The notes under the pieces were generated by a model. The model did not search any database. It worked only from the letters and a program-made list of their open reading frames with translations, and had not been told where the DNA came from. Positions 47,701 through 61,566 of a stretch of 64,000 nucleotides of DNA are shown one piece after another. Positions within the stretch are counted from its first letter, which is position 1. The number at the start of each line of letters is the position of its first letter. The stretch lies in NCBI RefSeq assembly GCF_048593235.1, contig NC_133619.1, positions 589,179,963-589,243,962 on the forward strand, read 5' to 3'. This stretch comes from Sminthopsis crassicaudata (taxonomy: Eukaryota). The translations under genes and the position numbers were made by a program.

Positions 47701-50700
47701 TGCCACTTAACTTGTTTATGTCCTTGGCCATGAGATATGCTTTCAGTGGAATCATTGAAAGAAGACTTAGAGGAAAAAAAAACCCCAAAAAACTCTTCCC
47801 CATACTTCCAAGGCCTGGACTACAATGTTTTCGTTTCCCTAGTTTCTGATTGTGGCCAGATTTGCTACAGACTCCATTTGGGGTCTGGTCCTCCTTACTT
47901 CAGGCCTAAGCTCTCTATTATCTCTTATACCATTTTCTCTGTAGTTCTTATACATGTCCCTGTGGTCAGGGGGATGAGGATTGGGAACTCAAGGCTGATA
48001 TTCCTTCCATAGATTCACTTACTTGTAGCCCTTCAGAGTGAAGTTGGTGGGCAGGTATGTGCTGGGACCAGGCTTCCACCGACAGGTGAGGACCTGGGCT
48101 GTGAGGTTCATGACACAGGAGAGGTTGCTGGGTGGCTGAGGGGGATCTGGGGTAAAACAGTGGTGAAAAAAGAGTATGAGAAGAACAGGGATGTTGAAAA
48201 GGAACTTAGACAGGGGACCCAATCCTGATTCTCATAATTCCTCCTCTTCTTCATCTATTAGCCTCAGAGCTCATAACATTCAAGACTTCCCTACAGGACT
48301 GCCCTTGAGATCCATGAAGGCCAGAGGGTGAAGGCTGATAAAAACTGAGGTCCTACAGTTGAGAAGACTGGATGGAGACTCAGGAGATATTTATCTAATG
48401 AATCCCAGCTGGGCCACTTATTACTGTGTGACAGACAATGGGAAATTTAGTTAAGTTCTGGAGTGGTTTCTCTAGTTTACTTTTCTGTAAACTGAGATTT
48501 AGAAAGGAGCTCTCCAAAGTGTTTTTCACGTCTTAGTTTATATGATTCTAAGACATTGTCTTTCTCATGGTCTTACTCCAGTTTTGAACATAGGGACATG
48601 GGAACTAGACCTAGTTGTTCATGACAACCAGTCCTACCAATCTGGCCCCTTTGCCCTATGTTTAGGTTACTAAATAGGAAATTTAGACTTGTTTTTCTCC
48701 CACTCTCCACAGAAAGGACATAGACACAGAAGGGGAACTAGAACTAGTCGTCAAGACTTTAGAGAACTTATGTCTCCACCAAATCTTCCCCATACTGAAA
48801 GCCTTGATCCTGTGTTTAACTCTTTCTCCCTATTTCAGCAAGGGGTGATGAAGGCAGGATTATCAGTGGAGTGGGAGGGACTTACATCCAGCCTTCAGCT
48901 CTGCCTGCTCTATGATCTGAAAAGTCTCTTTCCAAAGCAGGCAACAGGAGAGCATGGCGTGGGTATGATTGAAGTGAGGAAGGGTAATGTTGGATTGCAG
49001 AATTCCATCTTCCCTCTGATGTTGCCAACCTTCAGGCAACTTCTCCAAGTCCAGCTTCCACACAATTCTTGTGGCTGTGCCAGCTGGTATCATGCAGTTA
49101 GGGTTGATGATACAAGAAGCTGTGACAGAGGCACCCAGGTGGATGACAGAAGCCGACACTTGGATGTCTCCACAGTCCTGAAGACCTAAAAGATGGGGAA
49201 AAGGTCAAGTCAATAACAGAGCCATGAGGGTGCTGTCTCTTGTCAGAGAAAGCTAATTGGGCAACCTGTGATAAAAAGAACAATCCACTGGGGTTCAGAG
49301 GACCTGTATTCTAATCCTGATGCTGAAAATTATTAATGATGTGACCTTGATCAAATTATTTGACCTCTCTGGGAATGAGTTTCCTTTCTCTCTTTGTTTT
49401 TGTTTTTGCTGAGGCAATTGGGGTTAAGTGACTTGCCTAGGAAGTATTAAGTGTCTGAGATTAGATTTGAACTCAGGTCCTCCGTCTTCAGGGCTGGTAC
49501 TCTATCCACTGCACCACCTAGTTGTCCCAAATGAGTTTCTTCTTCTGTAAAATGAAGGGACTAGAGTAGAGTACTATTATTAGTACTTTTTCAGCTCTCT
49601 ATGTATGACTCTATGATCCTGTCCTTTAGGAGGCAACATTTATAACATTGTGTAAACCCTTTGATCCAGTAATACCACTGCTAGGTCTATATTCCAAAGA
49701 CATCCCCAAAAAGGAAAAAGACCTATTTGTATAAAAATATTTATAGCAGCTCTTTTTTTTTTTTTTTTTTTGTGGCTAAGAATTAGAAACCAAAGGGATG
49801 TCCATCAATTGGGGAATGACTAAATCATCTGTATATGTGATTGTATGAAATATTATTGTGTTGTAAGAAATGACGGGCAGGATGACTTCAGAAAAGCCTG
49901 GAATAATAATGAACTGATACATAATGAAGTGAATTATGGATCTATCTTCTAACTTCTATGACCTAAGAGGAATGTATAAGATTGCAATATGTAAAAGAAC
50001 TATTTCTCTGTCATTCTGACATAAATTGGCCTATAAGAAGGTTTGGCAGAATCAATTTTTTTTTTCTGAGGCAATTGAGGTTAAGTGACTTGCCCAGGGT
50101 TATACAACTAGACCATGTTAAGTGTCTGAGGTTAGATTTGAACTCAGGTCCTCTTGACTTCAGGGCTGGTGCTCTATCCACTACATCAACTAGCTACCCC
50201 GTTTGGTAGAATTCTAATGATTGTATAGATTTTCTCTGAGATCTGAACCTATGCTTGAGCATAATAATAAAATCTAGGATTTTAAAAATTTCTATAATTT
50301 CTTTAAATATATTTTAGCAGTAGCTATCTACTACAGAAACCCAGAGAAAAGATATTTCTCCCACATGAACTGTTTGCAAGTTGTCTTCCTTCATTAGACT
50401 GCAAGCTCCTTGACACCTGGGCTGTTTTTTTTACCTTCCTTTGGACCTGGCACATAATAGCTATTTAATAAATACTTGTTACTGACTGACTGATTCTCTG
50501 AAAAAGGAGGTTTCTTTTCAGCTCAGGTTTGTCTGCATTCCTAAAATCTTTGAGGACTCTGCTGACTTTCTCCTTAGATAACTAACATAATAGGTTTCCA
50601 TCCTAGCTCATAGACAGTAGTCATGACATTGTTCCCTTTCCACCAAGTCCCCAGACTACTTGCCATTAGAAAACCGGAAGAGCAGAAAGATTCCCAGAAG

Positions 50701-50721
50701 GTTCCAGGCTCTGCGCCACAT
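38759..50721 (-). CDS. CSF3R: Granulocyte colony-stimulating factor receptor, 15 coding exons, 862 aa
   Basis: Exons 50664-50721, 48886-49185, 48023-48146, 47359-47546, 46345-46517, 45795-45960, 45601-45686, 43331-43544, 42741-42938, 42008-42109, 41313-41459, 40692-40832, 40207-40303, 39537-39618 and 38759-39271; sum 2589 nt with all phases compatible. Shows signal peptide, Ig domain, WSDWS motif, FN3 repeats, TM helix, Box1 (WPNIPDP) and cytoplasmic [19 protein letters not shown] and YENMWF motifs. Confidence 0.96.
49394..49528 (-). mobile_element. WSINE1-like SINE
   Basis: tRNA-derived head and CORE with an A-rich tail, flanked by a probable TSD aatgagtttc. Confidence 0.8.
50053..50200 (-). 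mobile_element. WSINE1-like SINE
   Basis: Full-length short SINE with poly(A), flanked by TSD gtttggcagaat / gtttggtagaat. Confidence 0.82.
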
Positions 50722-51099
50722 GGCTGCATTGTTGGTGTTCACCTGAAATAAGTCCCGAGACCCCAAGGTGAGAAGCAGGTCTTCTGCTTTTTCTATAGTT
50801 ATATCTCAGAGAAGACTTGAAACAGAACCTTGGGGATAAAGAGTTTGCCAGACCCACTGTATCCCTGGTATTATAGGATTATAGATTTAGAGCTAAAGCT
50901 GGAAGGGTCTCTTCAGAGGTCATCTAGTTCACCCCAATCCCTAGTTAGGCAGTTGAGAAACTGAGGCTCAGGAAATTAACAGAATTGCTCAAGATCACAC
51001 ACATATCTATATCTATATCTATCAAACCCTCAGATAGTAGAAAGAAAACAGGACTGATTAAATTATCTGGCCTTTACTTTTTGGGTCATTAGAAATCTC

Positions 51100-54000
51100 T
51101 TCCCTCCTTCCCCTCTAGTCAGTTGCTTAAGGAAAGGATCTATTCTCCTTTTTATTTTTATCCAGAGTGCCCAGCTTTGTTATTGTGTTGTGACCATATC
51201 AAGACTCTATTGAAGATCCATTTTACAATCCTCTTCTCCGTTCATTATGGAATTTAAAGCCCTCTACATTTATTGCTGCCACTGCTGTATATACTTCAAC
51301 CACAAGAAGTGTAGATTCTGTTTTCACTACTCTCTAAAAGTTACTCTCTTTGGGGCTGCAATTTGACTTCCTTACCTCTAAAATGAATATTCATTTTTCT
51401 GTTTAAAAGTCTTTACACTCTGACTTTTCTGCCAAGTTTTAATCTGCAGGTTAGTTCATCTTTCTCCTCCCACAGCTTGAAGTTTCTCCTATTGCTTTGT
51501 CCTTGATGCTCCCATTTTTAACACTTTCTCCCTTGGTGGTCTCATCTGCTCCCATGGGTTCATTGATATCTTATGATTTCCAAATCTAAATATACTATAT
51601 TTACAGGCCTAATCCCTCTCCTGTGTATACAGGTTACAACTATAATAATGAATAATTGATATGTCTGATAAATTATCTATTATTATTATTATTAATAGAT
51701 AATTTATCAGGCACATCAATGTTTGAAAAGCATTTTACATATATCATCTTTTTTGATTTTCACAATAACCCTGTGAATAGGTAAATGCTATTATTATCCC
51801 AATTTCAAGATGAGAAACTGATGAAGCTAACAGGTTAAGTGGCTTTCCCAAGATTATAAAACTAGTTAGTATTGGAAGTAGGATTCAAATATGGATGTCT
51901 GATTTCATATTCAGTACTATTTCCACTATATTACCTGTACTTTTCCAGCTGAATGTCCCATAGGGACTTTTACTTAGCATGTCCCATATTAAACTTGTCA
52001 TTTTCCTCCTGAACCTACTTCTTCCCCAATTTCAGTTAATGACACCATTCTCATATTCCCTCAAGCTTATAACTTGGGAGCCCTCTTCTTTCTTTCTCTT
52101 CCTTTTCCCTTATCTGCTACATCCCAACAATGGCCAAATCTACCATTATGATCTTTCATTCTTCCTCTACTCCTGCCTTTAAATGAGGAGACTTCAGCAT
52201 ACATATTGATACTCCCCAAGAAATCTTTACAGTTTCTCACTTACTCATTTTCCATGATCTACTTCTTTATCCCAGGTTAGTTACACACAGAGATGCTCAT
52301 ACCTTTCATCTTATTGTCTCCCACCACTTCCATGTTTGTGAACTCTGAAATTCTCTTATATTTCACAATCTATTAGTATTCTATCTTTTCTTCTTATTTC
52401 TAATACTAAATCTTTCTCTTCATCCATACGATGACCTCCAATCCTTTAACCGCTCAATTCTCTCTCCTTCACTGGCCATATTCTTCTCTTTCCCTATTTT
52501 GACCCTTAGTGAGCCAGTTCAATCTTTTAATGTACTCTTTTGTTGAATCCCTAGCTCCCTTATCATATCACTGTTTATATCCTGCCAAACCTCAGCCTTA
52601 TATCTCTTCGAAACACTATCTTCCACTGATCACAGAATGAATAAAAGTAGAGAAAATCAAACTGTCCTGACTGAGTCCACCTCTAATTTGTGTTAAACAA
52701 TCCCAACTGGACCCTTACTGCTGTAAGGCCACCCTTTTATAGCTTCCTAATTAAATTACTATCTTATTCATCTCAAGGGCTCTTCTAAATCTTTTCATTC
52801 CTCCTTAAATTCTCATGGTTTCCCTTCCCGTCCTCTCAGTTAAGCAATCCATCTCATATTTTACTGAAAAAAAAAATTGAAGCATTCTCTTAAAGGTCCT
52901 TTTTCTCCCCTACTCCTTATCTCATATCACCCAGATGCTTTTTTGCCCACTATTTCTCTCTTTATTCCTGTCTCACATGATAAGGTAGCTCTTCTTACCA
53001 AGGCCAACCCTTTATGTACACAAGTGATCCCATTCCAACCTGTCTCCTCAAGTTGATTGCTCTCTCTATCATCCATTCCCCTTCCATTTATCTTCAATCT
53101 CTTCTTGTCTACTGGCTATTTCTTTAATGCCTACAAATTTGTCTCCCCAACTCTCAAAAAAACCTCACTTGATCCATCCATCTCTACTAATTATATTGTC
53201 CCATATTCTACCTGTCTTTTGTGGCTAAACAAATAGCCTTGAGAAGGCCATTTACAAATAGATGTCTCTACTTCTTTTTTCCCTCTCTCTCTTCTTAACT
53301 CCCTGCAGTTGGGTTTTGGACTTCATTATTTAACTGAAAACATTCTCTGCAAAGATACCAAGATCTTTTAAGTGCCAAATCCAATGACTTTTTCTCAGTT
53401 TTGGTTCCTTTGCAGTCTCTGAAATAATCATTCACCCTCTTCTCCTGAATATTCTCTTCTCTCTCAATTTTCTGGACACTACTTTCTCTGTTTCTCCTCT
53501 TACTCATCAGAGTTATCTTTCTCAGTATCCTTTGCTGGCTCCTCATCCAAGTTGAGGATACCTGCCAATTGTAGATGTCCTAGAGGATGCTGCCTGCTCC
53601 CTTTTCACTTCTTTTTCCATTCAATTTCATTTGATGATCTCATTAGCTCTCATAGATTCAATTATCATCTCAAAACTACTTATCTTTGATTTTTCTGCTG
53701 ACTTTCAGTCTAGCAGAGAACTGCTACTCCAACTGCTACTGGATATTTTGAACTGGCTATCCTGTAGACATCTTAATCTCAATATTTCCAATGATGAATT
53801 TTTTATCTTTCCCATTTTGTTCCCTCTTCCAAATTTCCTTATTACTGTGAATGATATTATCATCTTCCCAGTCTCCTAGTTTTGAAACCCAAGTGCTATC
53901 TTGATACCTCACTATTTCTCATTCATATACAATCGTCAATAATTTTCAAATTTCCTCTTTGTAACATCTCTGGAATATATTCCCATTTCCTCCCTAACAT

Positions 54001-54750
54001 TGTCACTACCTTCATACATCCTGGTTTCTTCTCTTTCTGAACTATTCTAATATTGCTGGTAGGGCTCCCTGACCCAAGTCTCTTAACTACTCTTGGATAT
54101 CATCCACTCAGCTACTAGAGTGATTTTCCCTAAAGATTTAGGCAAAGATAGAAAGACTTTCCCAAAGTTTGGGTCACCCCCCCCCACTCAATAAACTTCA
54201 ATGACTTTTTAACACCTCTAAGACTTAATTAAAATACTCTGATATTCAAAGTACTTCATAATCAAATCTTGGTCACATTTTCAGTCTTCTTACACCTTAA
54301 ATTCCACTAATTACTCTTAATTCTAGTGCTTTCTTTGTATGTTGTTTTTCTCCAAGAATGTGAATTCTTTAAGGTCAAGAATTGTCTTTTGCTTCCTCCC
54401 CCACTTTTTTTCTATCCCAATGCTGCCTGGCAAGGAGTAGATGTTTTATTGACTGACAATATCTCTTCAAATCCATCTCTTTAGCATTCTTGTTCAGGCT
54501 CTCATTACTTCTTTCCTGGAATAAGACTCTTTTTAAAAGTATTATTTATTTTCCTGTTCTTTTTGCCTATTATCTCTGCTCAGTCTATTCTATATGACAT
54601 GAAATTAATCTTTCTAGTGCATAAGTCTGATAATGTCACTAACTTGTTTAAAAAACTTTAGTGGCTCTCCATAGCTAATAGGATAAAATGCAGATCCCTT
54701 AGTCTGATAATCTAGATCCAACTTCCCTTTCTGCCCTTACTTCATACTAT
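51100..54750 (+). mobile_element. Long degraded L2 LINE with nested MIR, in a CSF3R 5' intron
   Basis: Pyrimidine-rich L2 ORF2 remnants (gccaaatccaatgac, ctggatattttgaactggctatcctgtagacatcttaatctcaa). Confidence 0.6.
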
Positions 54751-55699
54751 TTCCCTATATACCCAATGTTCAAAGCAGAAGACTTTCTGGTCCCTAGTCT
54801 ATGTTCTCTTACCATTGTGGCTTTACTTACATTGATTCATCCACCCAGAATGACTTTTATTTCCTATCTTCCTTCCTATCATCTTCATTTTTTTGGTTAG
54901 ATTTGGAGGAAAATTCAAAAAAGTTTGAATCCCAGTTCTGCTACTTATTACCTATATGACTTTTGGCAAGTCCTTTTATTTCTATGTGCCTCAACTTCCT
55001 CATGGGTGAAATAGGAGGGGGGAGAAGAGAATAGCCTCTCAAGTCCCTTTCAGCTATAACCCTCTAATCTCTATGGATTTAATGAGAGGGTCTACTCTCT
55101 TTTATCTATTTCAGCTTTTTATCTCTGATCCCAAGATATAATACAGGCATTTTTTCTCTGAGAGCCACATCTCTTATCCCTCAGTATCTGATTTCTCATA
55201 AGCAGTTCTCATTTTAAAAAGTTACATGTATTTGTGTATATTCAATTAAGTTAACTTTTATTTACCTCCTCTTCTGTTCCAGGCATTGTGAGCAGGCCCT
55301 GTTTTTAAGGAACTTACATTCTAGTATAACTCTACAAGTATCATCATCCCTTTATAAGACTGTAAGGTACAGGTGATTTTTGTTTTTGTTTTAATATCCC
55401 CAGTGCTTAGAACAGTGTAGGCACATAGCCTGAGATTGATAAATAATTTTTTGGTAAATTTTTAAATTTTAAACTTAAATACAAAATGAGGAAAGAAAAA
55501 AAAACACCCCAACATTACCATGCAATGCAGCAGATCATAAGAAAGAATTCAATATAAAACAAGTTTCCGTTTCAAGAAAACTTATCTAATAAAGAACTTC
55601 ACATTGTTTTCAAAACTGCCCAGCTTTTCTTTGCTTCCTTATTGAATTTATTTTATCCTCTGCTGTATGCTATTATTTCTCCCTTCCTCTTCCAACCCT

Positions 55700-55860
55700 N
55701 NNNNNNNNNNNNNNNNNNNNNNNNNNNNNNNNNNNNNNNNNNNNNNNNNNNNNNNNNNNNNNNNNNNNNNNNNNNNNNNNNNNNNNNNNNNNNNNNNNNN
55801 NNNNNNNNNNNNNNNNNNNNNNNNNNNNNNNNNNNNNNNNNNNNNNNNNNNNNNNNNNNN
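55700..55860. other. Assembly gap (161 N)
   Basis: Run of n. Confidence 1.
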
Positions 55861-58843
55861 TGTTTATTTCTACCTGTTATCTTTTTCTCTGAAGGTGGAT
55901 AGCAACTTCCTTCATCAATCCAAGTCTTCTGATGCTTTTCTAAATCAACCAACTCATCATTTTTTATAGCACAGCAATATTCCTATCCAATCACATCCCA
56001 TATGAGAGCTTGTCTATGACATTTCCTCCCCTCAATTTTCTGCATTCCCTCTAGGCTACATGGGTTTTATTTATACAAGAAAATTTTAATTCAAAATAAT
56101 CAAAATTAACCTTTTTACTCTTTAACAAAACTCTCTCGTATAAGATAGTTTAAGTTCTGATACTTCTGACTCTTCTTGATTTACATTTTTTTCCCTGTTT
56201 TTTTGAAGTTTCTGACCTTTTGCTTTTCATATTAACTTTGTTATTTTTTCTAACTCAGTAAAATACCTTTAAAAATACTTTAATTGGGATGATACTGGAT
56301 AAGCAGATTAGTTAAGTAAAATCATTTAAAAATAAGATTGGCTTTGATAAATATTTGTTGAACTGCCCTGGCTCTGCCATTTAACACCTGTGGCTCCCAG
56401 GGAAAGAAATTATCTCTTTGCGTTCCAATTTCCTTATCTGTTGAATGAGAGGATTAGATTATGTGAGCTCAAAGATCCCTTTCATTACAGATCATCTTTC
56501 ATGTAAATGGATCTGTTGGAGAACTGGACAGGGGGGAAAGTCTCTTATTTTCCTGTCCTTGGACTCCTTCCTTCAATCCAGCTGTAGCTGAAGATTCTGG
56601 TCCTCCTGTAGAAAAGTCCAGAAACTTGGATTGATCAGCACCATCCTTTACTTCACTGTATTATATTGTCTTTTCCCTTCAATTTCCTCAGAGGTAGGAT
56701 AGTGTAATAGACTTGATTTCAAATCCTGTCTCAAATATATCCTAGATGTAAATTCTAGCCTCCAGAAGCCTGTTTCCTCATATGTCAAAAGGGAATAATA
56801 ATAGCACCAAGTTATTGTAAGGATCAAAATGATTTGCAGGTTTCATTTAAGGTTCTACATTAATATTAATCAAACAACAAATTTTCTCTGTGCCAAGTAC
56901 TGTACTAAATGTAAGGGGTACATAGAAAGTAAGAGTCCCTGCTTACATTCTGATCAATATCATCGGTTTCTTTCTTTTTAAAAAATTTATTTCTCAGCTT
57001 CTTTTTAATTTTTTTTTCTTATTCTCTGCTCATTGATCCCTCAATGGATCCCTCTCCCCTCTTGAAGTTTTTTTTTTTTTTAACTATTTTTCCTTTCTCT
57101 CTTCCCTTGATTCTTTTATAGTCTTATATTCCTCCCCTGATTGATACTTTCTCTTTGTCTCTTACCTTTCCTTCTTCCTTGCTCCCCACATCTGAACTGG
57201 AAAAACCATAGAGAAATGTTCCTTAATCTGTCTCCTTCAGCACCCAGAATATACAGCAGCTTTTGCTTAATCAATGGTGAGTTGGGTTGAAACCTCATCT
57301 TTTCTAAACTGTGGGATCGTCTCTCTTTCTGTTTACCACTCACCAACTTGGGCCAGATTGTGGTTCTGTGTAGGGAACTTAGGTCCAGCAAAAGCCTGAA
57401 TATCTCTTGTTTAAAGACCAACAACCTAGCTGGACTCAGAAAAAGCTTATCACTAGAGAGCTAGTAATACACTGATTCATTTTTATCCTCTCTCCCTGTA
57501 ACCACTGGCTATCATTTTACAGATGGACAAAGTGAGGTCAAGGAAAGAGAGGGGACTTGCTTAAGATAATATTGTGAGTTAGAGACAGCTAGGTGTAATA
57601 GTGGCTAGAACATTGGACCTGGAATCAGGAAGATCTGAATTCAAATTCTGCCTCAGACTCATATTATCTGTGTGATCCCTGGACAAGTCAGTTAATCTCT
57701 GATATGGTTTTTTCATTTGTACATAAGGATAATAGCATTTTTGCCAGGATCATTGAGATCATATTTGTAAAATACTTTGCATGCCTTAAATGCTAATTGT
57801 TACTACTAACAATCCTAGATCAGAGGTTTGGCTGTTTTACTTTCATTTCAGAGCTCTTTGCATCACTGCTCAGTGTTCCCAAACCACTAATAATCAATCT
57901 TTGTGTTTTTTATCATTTCTTACTCAGTTTGTGGTTTGCCTTAGATTTCCCACCAAAATATTAATAGGCCACTTTTGATTTGATGTTAGAGCATACGCAT
58001 TAGAATCCCAGTTTAGCTACTTTGCACCTCAGTTTCCTCATTTGTACAATGAAGCATTTGGATTAGATGATTTTTAATATGTAATATTTACATAACAATT
58101 TAAGCTCCTCAAGTCAATTTACATATATTATCATCTCATTTGATCCCTTTGAGGTAGGTACTATTGTTATCTCTATTGCACAGATTGTTCTAGAGTAAAC
58201 AGAAGTTAAGGCTTGTTCAGGGTCACACAGTTAGTGTGAGGTAAAATTCCAACTCAGAGCTTTCTCACTCCACCTATTTTCTAAAGACCAGGACTTCTTA
58301 CATTTTTTTCTACTTGTGACCCCTTTTCCCCTTGAGAAATTTTTATGTGACCCTGGGTATATAGGTCTATAAAACAGGCATATAAATCAAACATTTCAAA
58401 TAAACCATAATTTTCCAACCTCCCACTCAGTTACGATCCCACATGGGTTTGCAAACTACAGTTTCTTAAACTATAGATTATACCACCCAGAACCCTTCTA
58501 GTTCATTCAAGCAGAAGTGGATTCATCTTAAAAAGTATATATTCCCTCTCTTTCAAGTCATACACGCTCTATGAAGATGGGAGGGGACCTTTTCATCTGT
58601 GCAGCAGAGTGACAGACATCTAGAGATGCCCATCAGTGATACTTGTCTGGGGAGAATGTCACTGTGCATCCCCACATGTCACCACTTCTGTTCCTAAGAA
58701 GCTGGACCTTAGGTTTCCAGGGGCTCAACTTCATGGCCCAGATCTAAATCACGGGACCTCAGGATGGCAGGTCTCAGCTGAGGTAGAATGGCAGGGCTGC
58801 CTGTCTGGGGAGGTGGGAAGGGTTGGGGACCCTCAGGACTTAC

Positions 58844-59030
58844 CTCATTCTTGGAATGATTTTGCCTCCTTTTCAGTCATTTCTCAGAGAGAGAGAGATG
58901 GCCCGCCTCAGGAATTCACCCGGGGCCTCACATCATCCCCTTTCTTGCTCAGTTCCTGAAAACTACTTCAGTACAGACTGTTCTGACACCTTCCTCCTCC
59001 CTCCCCTCCTTCCCCACCCAGGGCTGTCGT
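58844..59030 (-). other. CSF3R: Probable non-coding exon 1 of CSF3R (5' end approximate)
   Basis: Strong donor GAG|GTAAGT at 58844/58843. Contains GTTTTCAGGAACT, resembling the human CSF3R 5' UTR PU.1-site region, and lies just downstream of a conserved C/EBP site. Confidence 0.65.
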
Positions 59031-59064
59031 TAGTTTTTCTGACTTTCTGACTGGTCTTCCCCGG

Positions 59065-59084
59065 GCTGGGGGATTGCAACACCT
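59065..59084 (-). promoter_or_regulatory. C/EBP site of the CSF3R proximal promoter
   Basis: Minus strand AGGTGTTGCAATCCCCCAGC is nearly identical to the recalled human G-CSFR promoter C/EBP element (AAGGTGTTGCAATCCCCAGC). Confidence 0.75.
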
Positions 59085-60179
59085 GCTTCAGCCTCCTTCC
59101 CTGGGACGGGAGCCCCTTCCCCTCAGGAAGGAGCCTCTGAGAAGCTAGGCAGCCACTTCGGGCCAGCCTTCCTGCCCTGGACCCTTAAAGGAGGTTGGGG
59201 ATGTGGCAAGGCTCAGAAGACCCCACCCCCACTCCCACCCCCGGATTTCCTGACCTAGAAGTCTTGCTCCTGGGCAGGGACCAGGAGTTCTCCAACCTGG
59301 ATGGGGGCCTGTCCTGGCACCTCCCCCAAAATAGGTGTATTGGGAACCTGCCAATTGGGCAGGTCAAATGCAATCTTAATCCTTCCTTCTTTTCCCCAAA
59401 ATATTGATCACTTGGGTAATCTGAAGCCTACCTTTCCTTGAAGCCCTTGGCTTTGAATGGTGCTGAGTAATTCCCATTCTTTAGCCCCAAATCCCACTGT
59501 CTGTTTTCTTATCTGCCTTTGCTCTACCACTGATCACCGTTGCTCCTGGTCCAGTTTGGAGTAGTAGGTCTTTCCATTCTACAGCTAGAGAAACAGAACA
59601 GGCTGATGGCAGGATAGAACAAGGTGGAGGAAAATATTGGGTGTTGGTCATTGTTTTTGTAGAAAGAGGAGACTCTCACTTCAAGTTTGTGTCTCAGAGT
59701 GTCAATTATATTGAGGCATTTTCTCTCCCAACATGATTCATAAAGCAATATGTATTAAAAATAAATAAATTTTAAAAATTATATCAAGGCAACTTGGTGG
59801 TGGTGAAACAAGAATTAATCAGAGCCATTCAACCCAGATTCAAATTCTTACTTAGTATTTATGTGATTTTGGATGTTTTATCTGAGCCTTAGATTCCTAA
59901 TCTGTGATATTAAAGGGCTGGGCTACATAATCCCTTCTTCCTCTGATATTCTATGATAAAAGTCCCCTTTGAGCTAGAAAGAATTTGTGAGTTGGAAGAC
60001 ACATCAACAGCCAGCTCTCTAATCCAGTCCACACATGAAAGGAATCCCTACTATAGCAGACCCAATAACTGGTCATCTAATCTCTGCTTGAAGAATTCCA
60101 CTGAGTTTGCAGTCCACTAAAACCCTAAGTCTATACTTCCCTCCAATTTATGCCCAAGGAGTAGATTTTTTATTTTTGT

Positions 60180-60670
60180 TGCCAAGCGCTAGACTTCATA
60201 TTTATCCTTGTTGAACCGTATTCTAATATAGTCAACTCCATTCTCCAACCTCATAAAACACTTTTGAACCAGAACTGCTGTTCAACATGTTAACAATCTC
60301 TCCCACTTTTGTGTCATCTGCAAATTTGATGAGTGTGCCATTGATGCCTTTGTTCAAGTCATTGATAAACATGTTAAGCCACCCAGAAGAAACTGAGATG
60401 CCCCAAATTCTGGGGGTATTCCTAATGTATTGACATTGAACCATTAATACCTACTATTTGAATTTGGCTACTTGTCCAGTATTTTGTTAATCCATCTGAT
60501 TGTGTTTGGATCTAATTTATATCTTTCTATCTTCTTTGCAAGAGTAGCATGAGATACTTCAAAAATAGCTTGGCTAAAATGTAGCAAAACTATATCTACA
60601 GCTTTCTCACCTGGCAGTTTAGTAATATTGTCAGTAAAGGAGATGAGGCTAGTCAGGCAAGATAGGTTCC
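60180..60670 (-). mobile_element. L3/CR1 RT fragment
   Basis: Translates SCLTSLISF...AVDIVLLHFSQA and LNMFINDLNKGINGTLIKFADDTKV. Confidence 0.8.
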
Positions 60671-61336
60671 TGATGAAGCTGAGCCTCAAATTTCTCATTT
60701 ATTAAATGGGGATAAATATACATGTATTGATTATAGATGTGAGACTTAAAGGAGATGATCAATATGAAGTGCTGTTGTTAATGGTAAAGCTTTATATAGT
60801 TATACCTCATTTTACTGTGTTTCACTTTGTTGTACTTTACAGATGTTGCATTTTTTTGTTTGTTTTTTTGTTTTTTTTGTCTTATAAATTGAAGATTTAT
60901 GGCAACACTGTCAACCAAAGCTGCTGGTGCCATTATTCTAAAAGCATGTGCTTCTGTCATGACTATGTGTCACAGTTCGATAATTTTCACATTATTTCAA
61001 ACTTTTTCATTATTGTTATATCTATTATGGAGATTTGTGATCAGTAATCTTTGATGTTATTATTGTAATTGTTTTGGGACACTATGAGCTTTGTCCATAT
61101 AACATAGGCAACTTAAATAATAATTGTTTGTGTTCTAACTGTTCCATTGACAAGCCATCCCCAATCTCTCTCTCTCTCTTCTGAACTTCTCTATTCCCTA
61201 ACAATATTGAAATTAGGCCAATTTATAACTTACAATGGTCTGTAAGTATTCAAGTTTAAGGAAAAGTCAAAGCATGAGGCAAACTTCATTACTGTCTTAT
61301 TTTAAGAAACTGCCACAACCACTCCAGCTTTCAGTA

Positions 61337-61466
61337 NNNNNNNNNNNNNNNNNNNNNNNNNNNNNNNNNNNNNNNNNNNNNNNNNNNNNNNNNNNNNNNN
61401 NNNNNNNNNNNNNNNNNNNNNNNNNNNNNNNNNNNNNNNNNNNNNNNNNNNNNNNNNNNNNNNNNN
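61337..61466. other. Assembly gap (130 N)
   Basis: Run of n within the Tigger element. Confidence 1.
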
Positions 61467-61566
61467 AAATATTCTTAAATTATAGTATGGACATTGGTGG
61501 GTTTTTTTTTAGACATAATACTATTACACATTTAAGAAACTACAGTATAATATAAACATGACTTTT

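Noticed and set aside
55642-55969. ORFs spanning runs of X
   Set aside because: Artefacts of the N gap.
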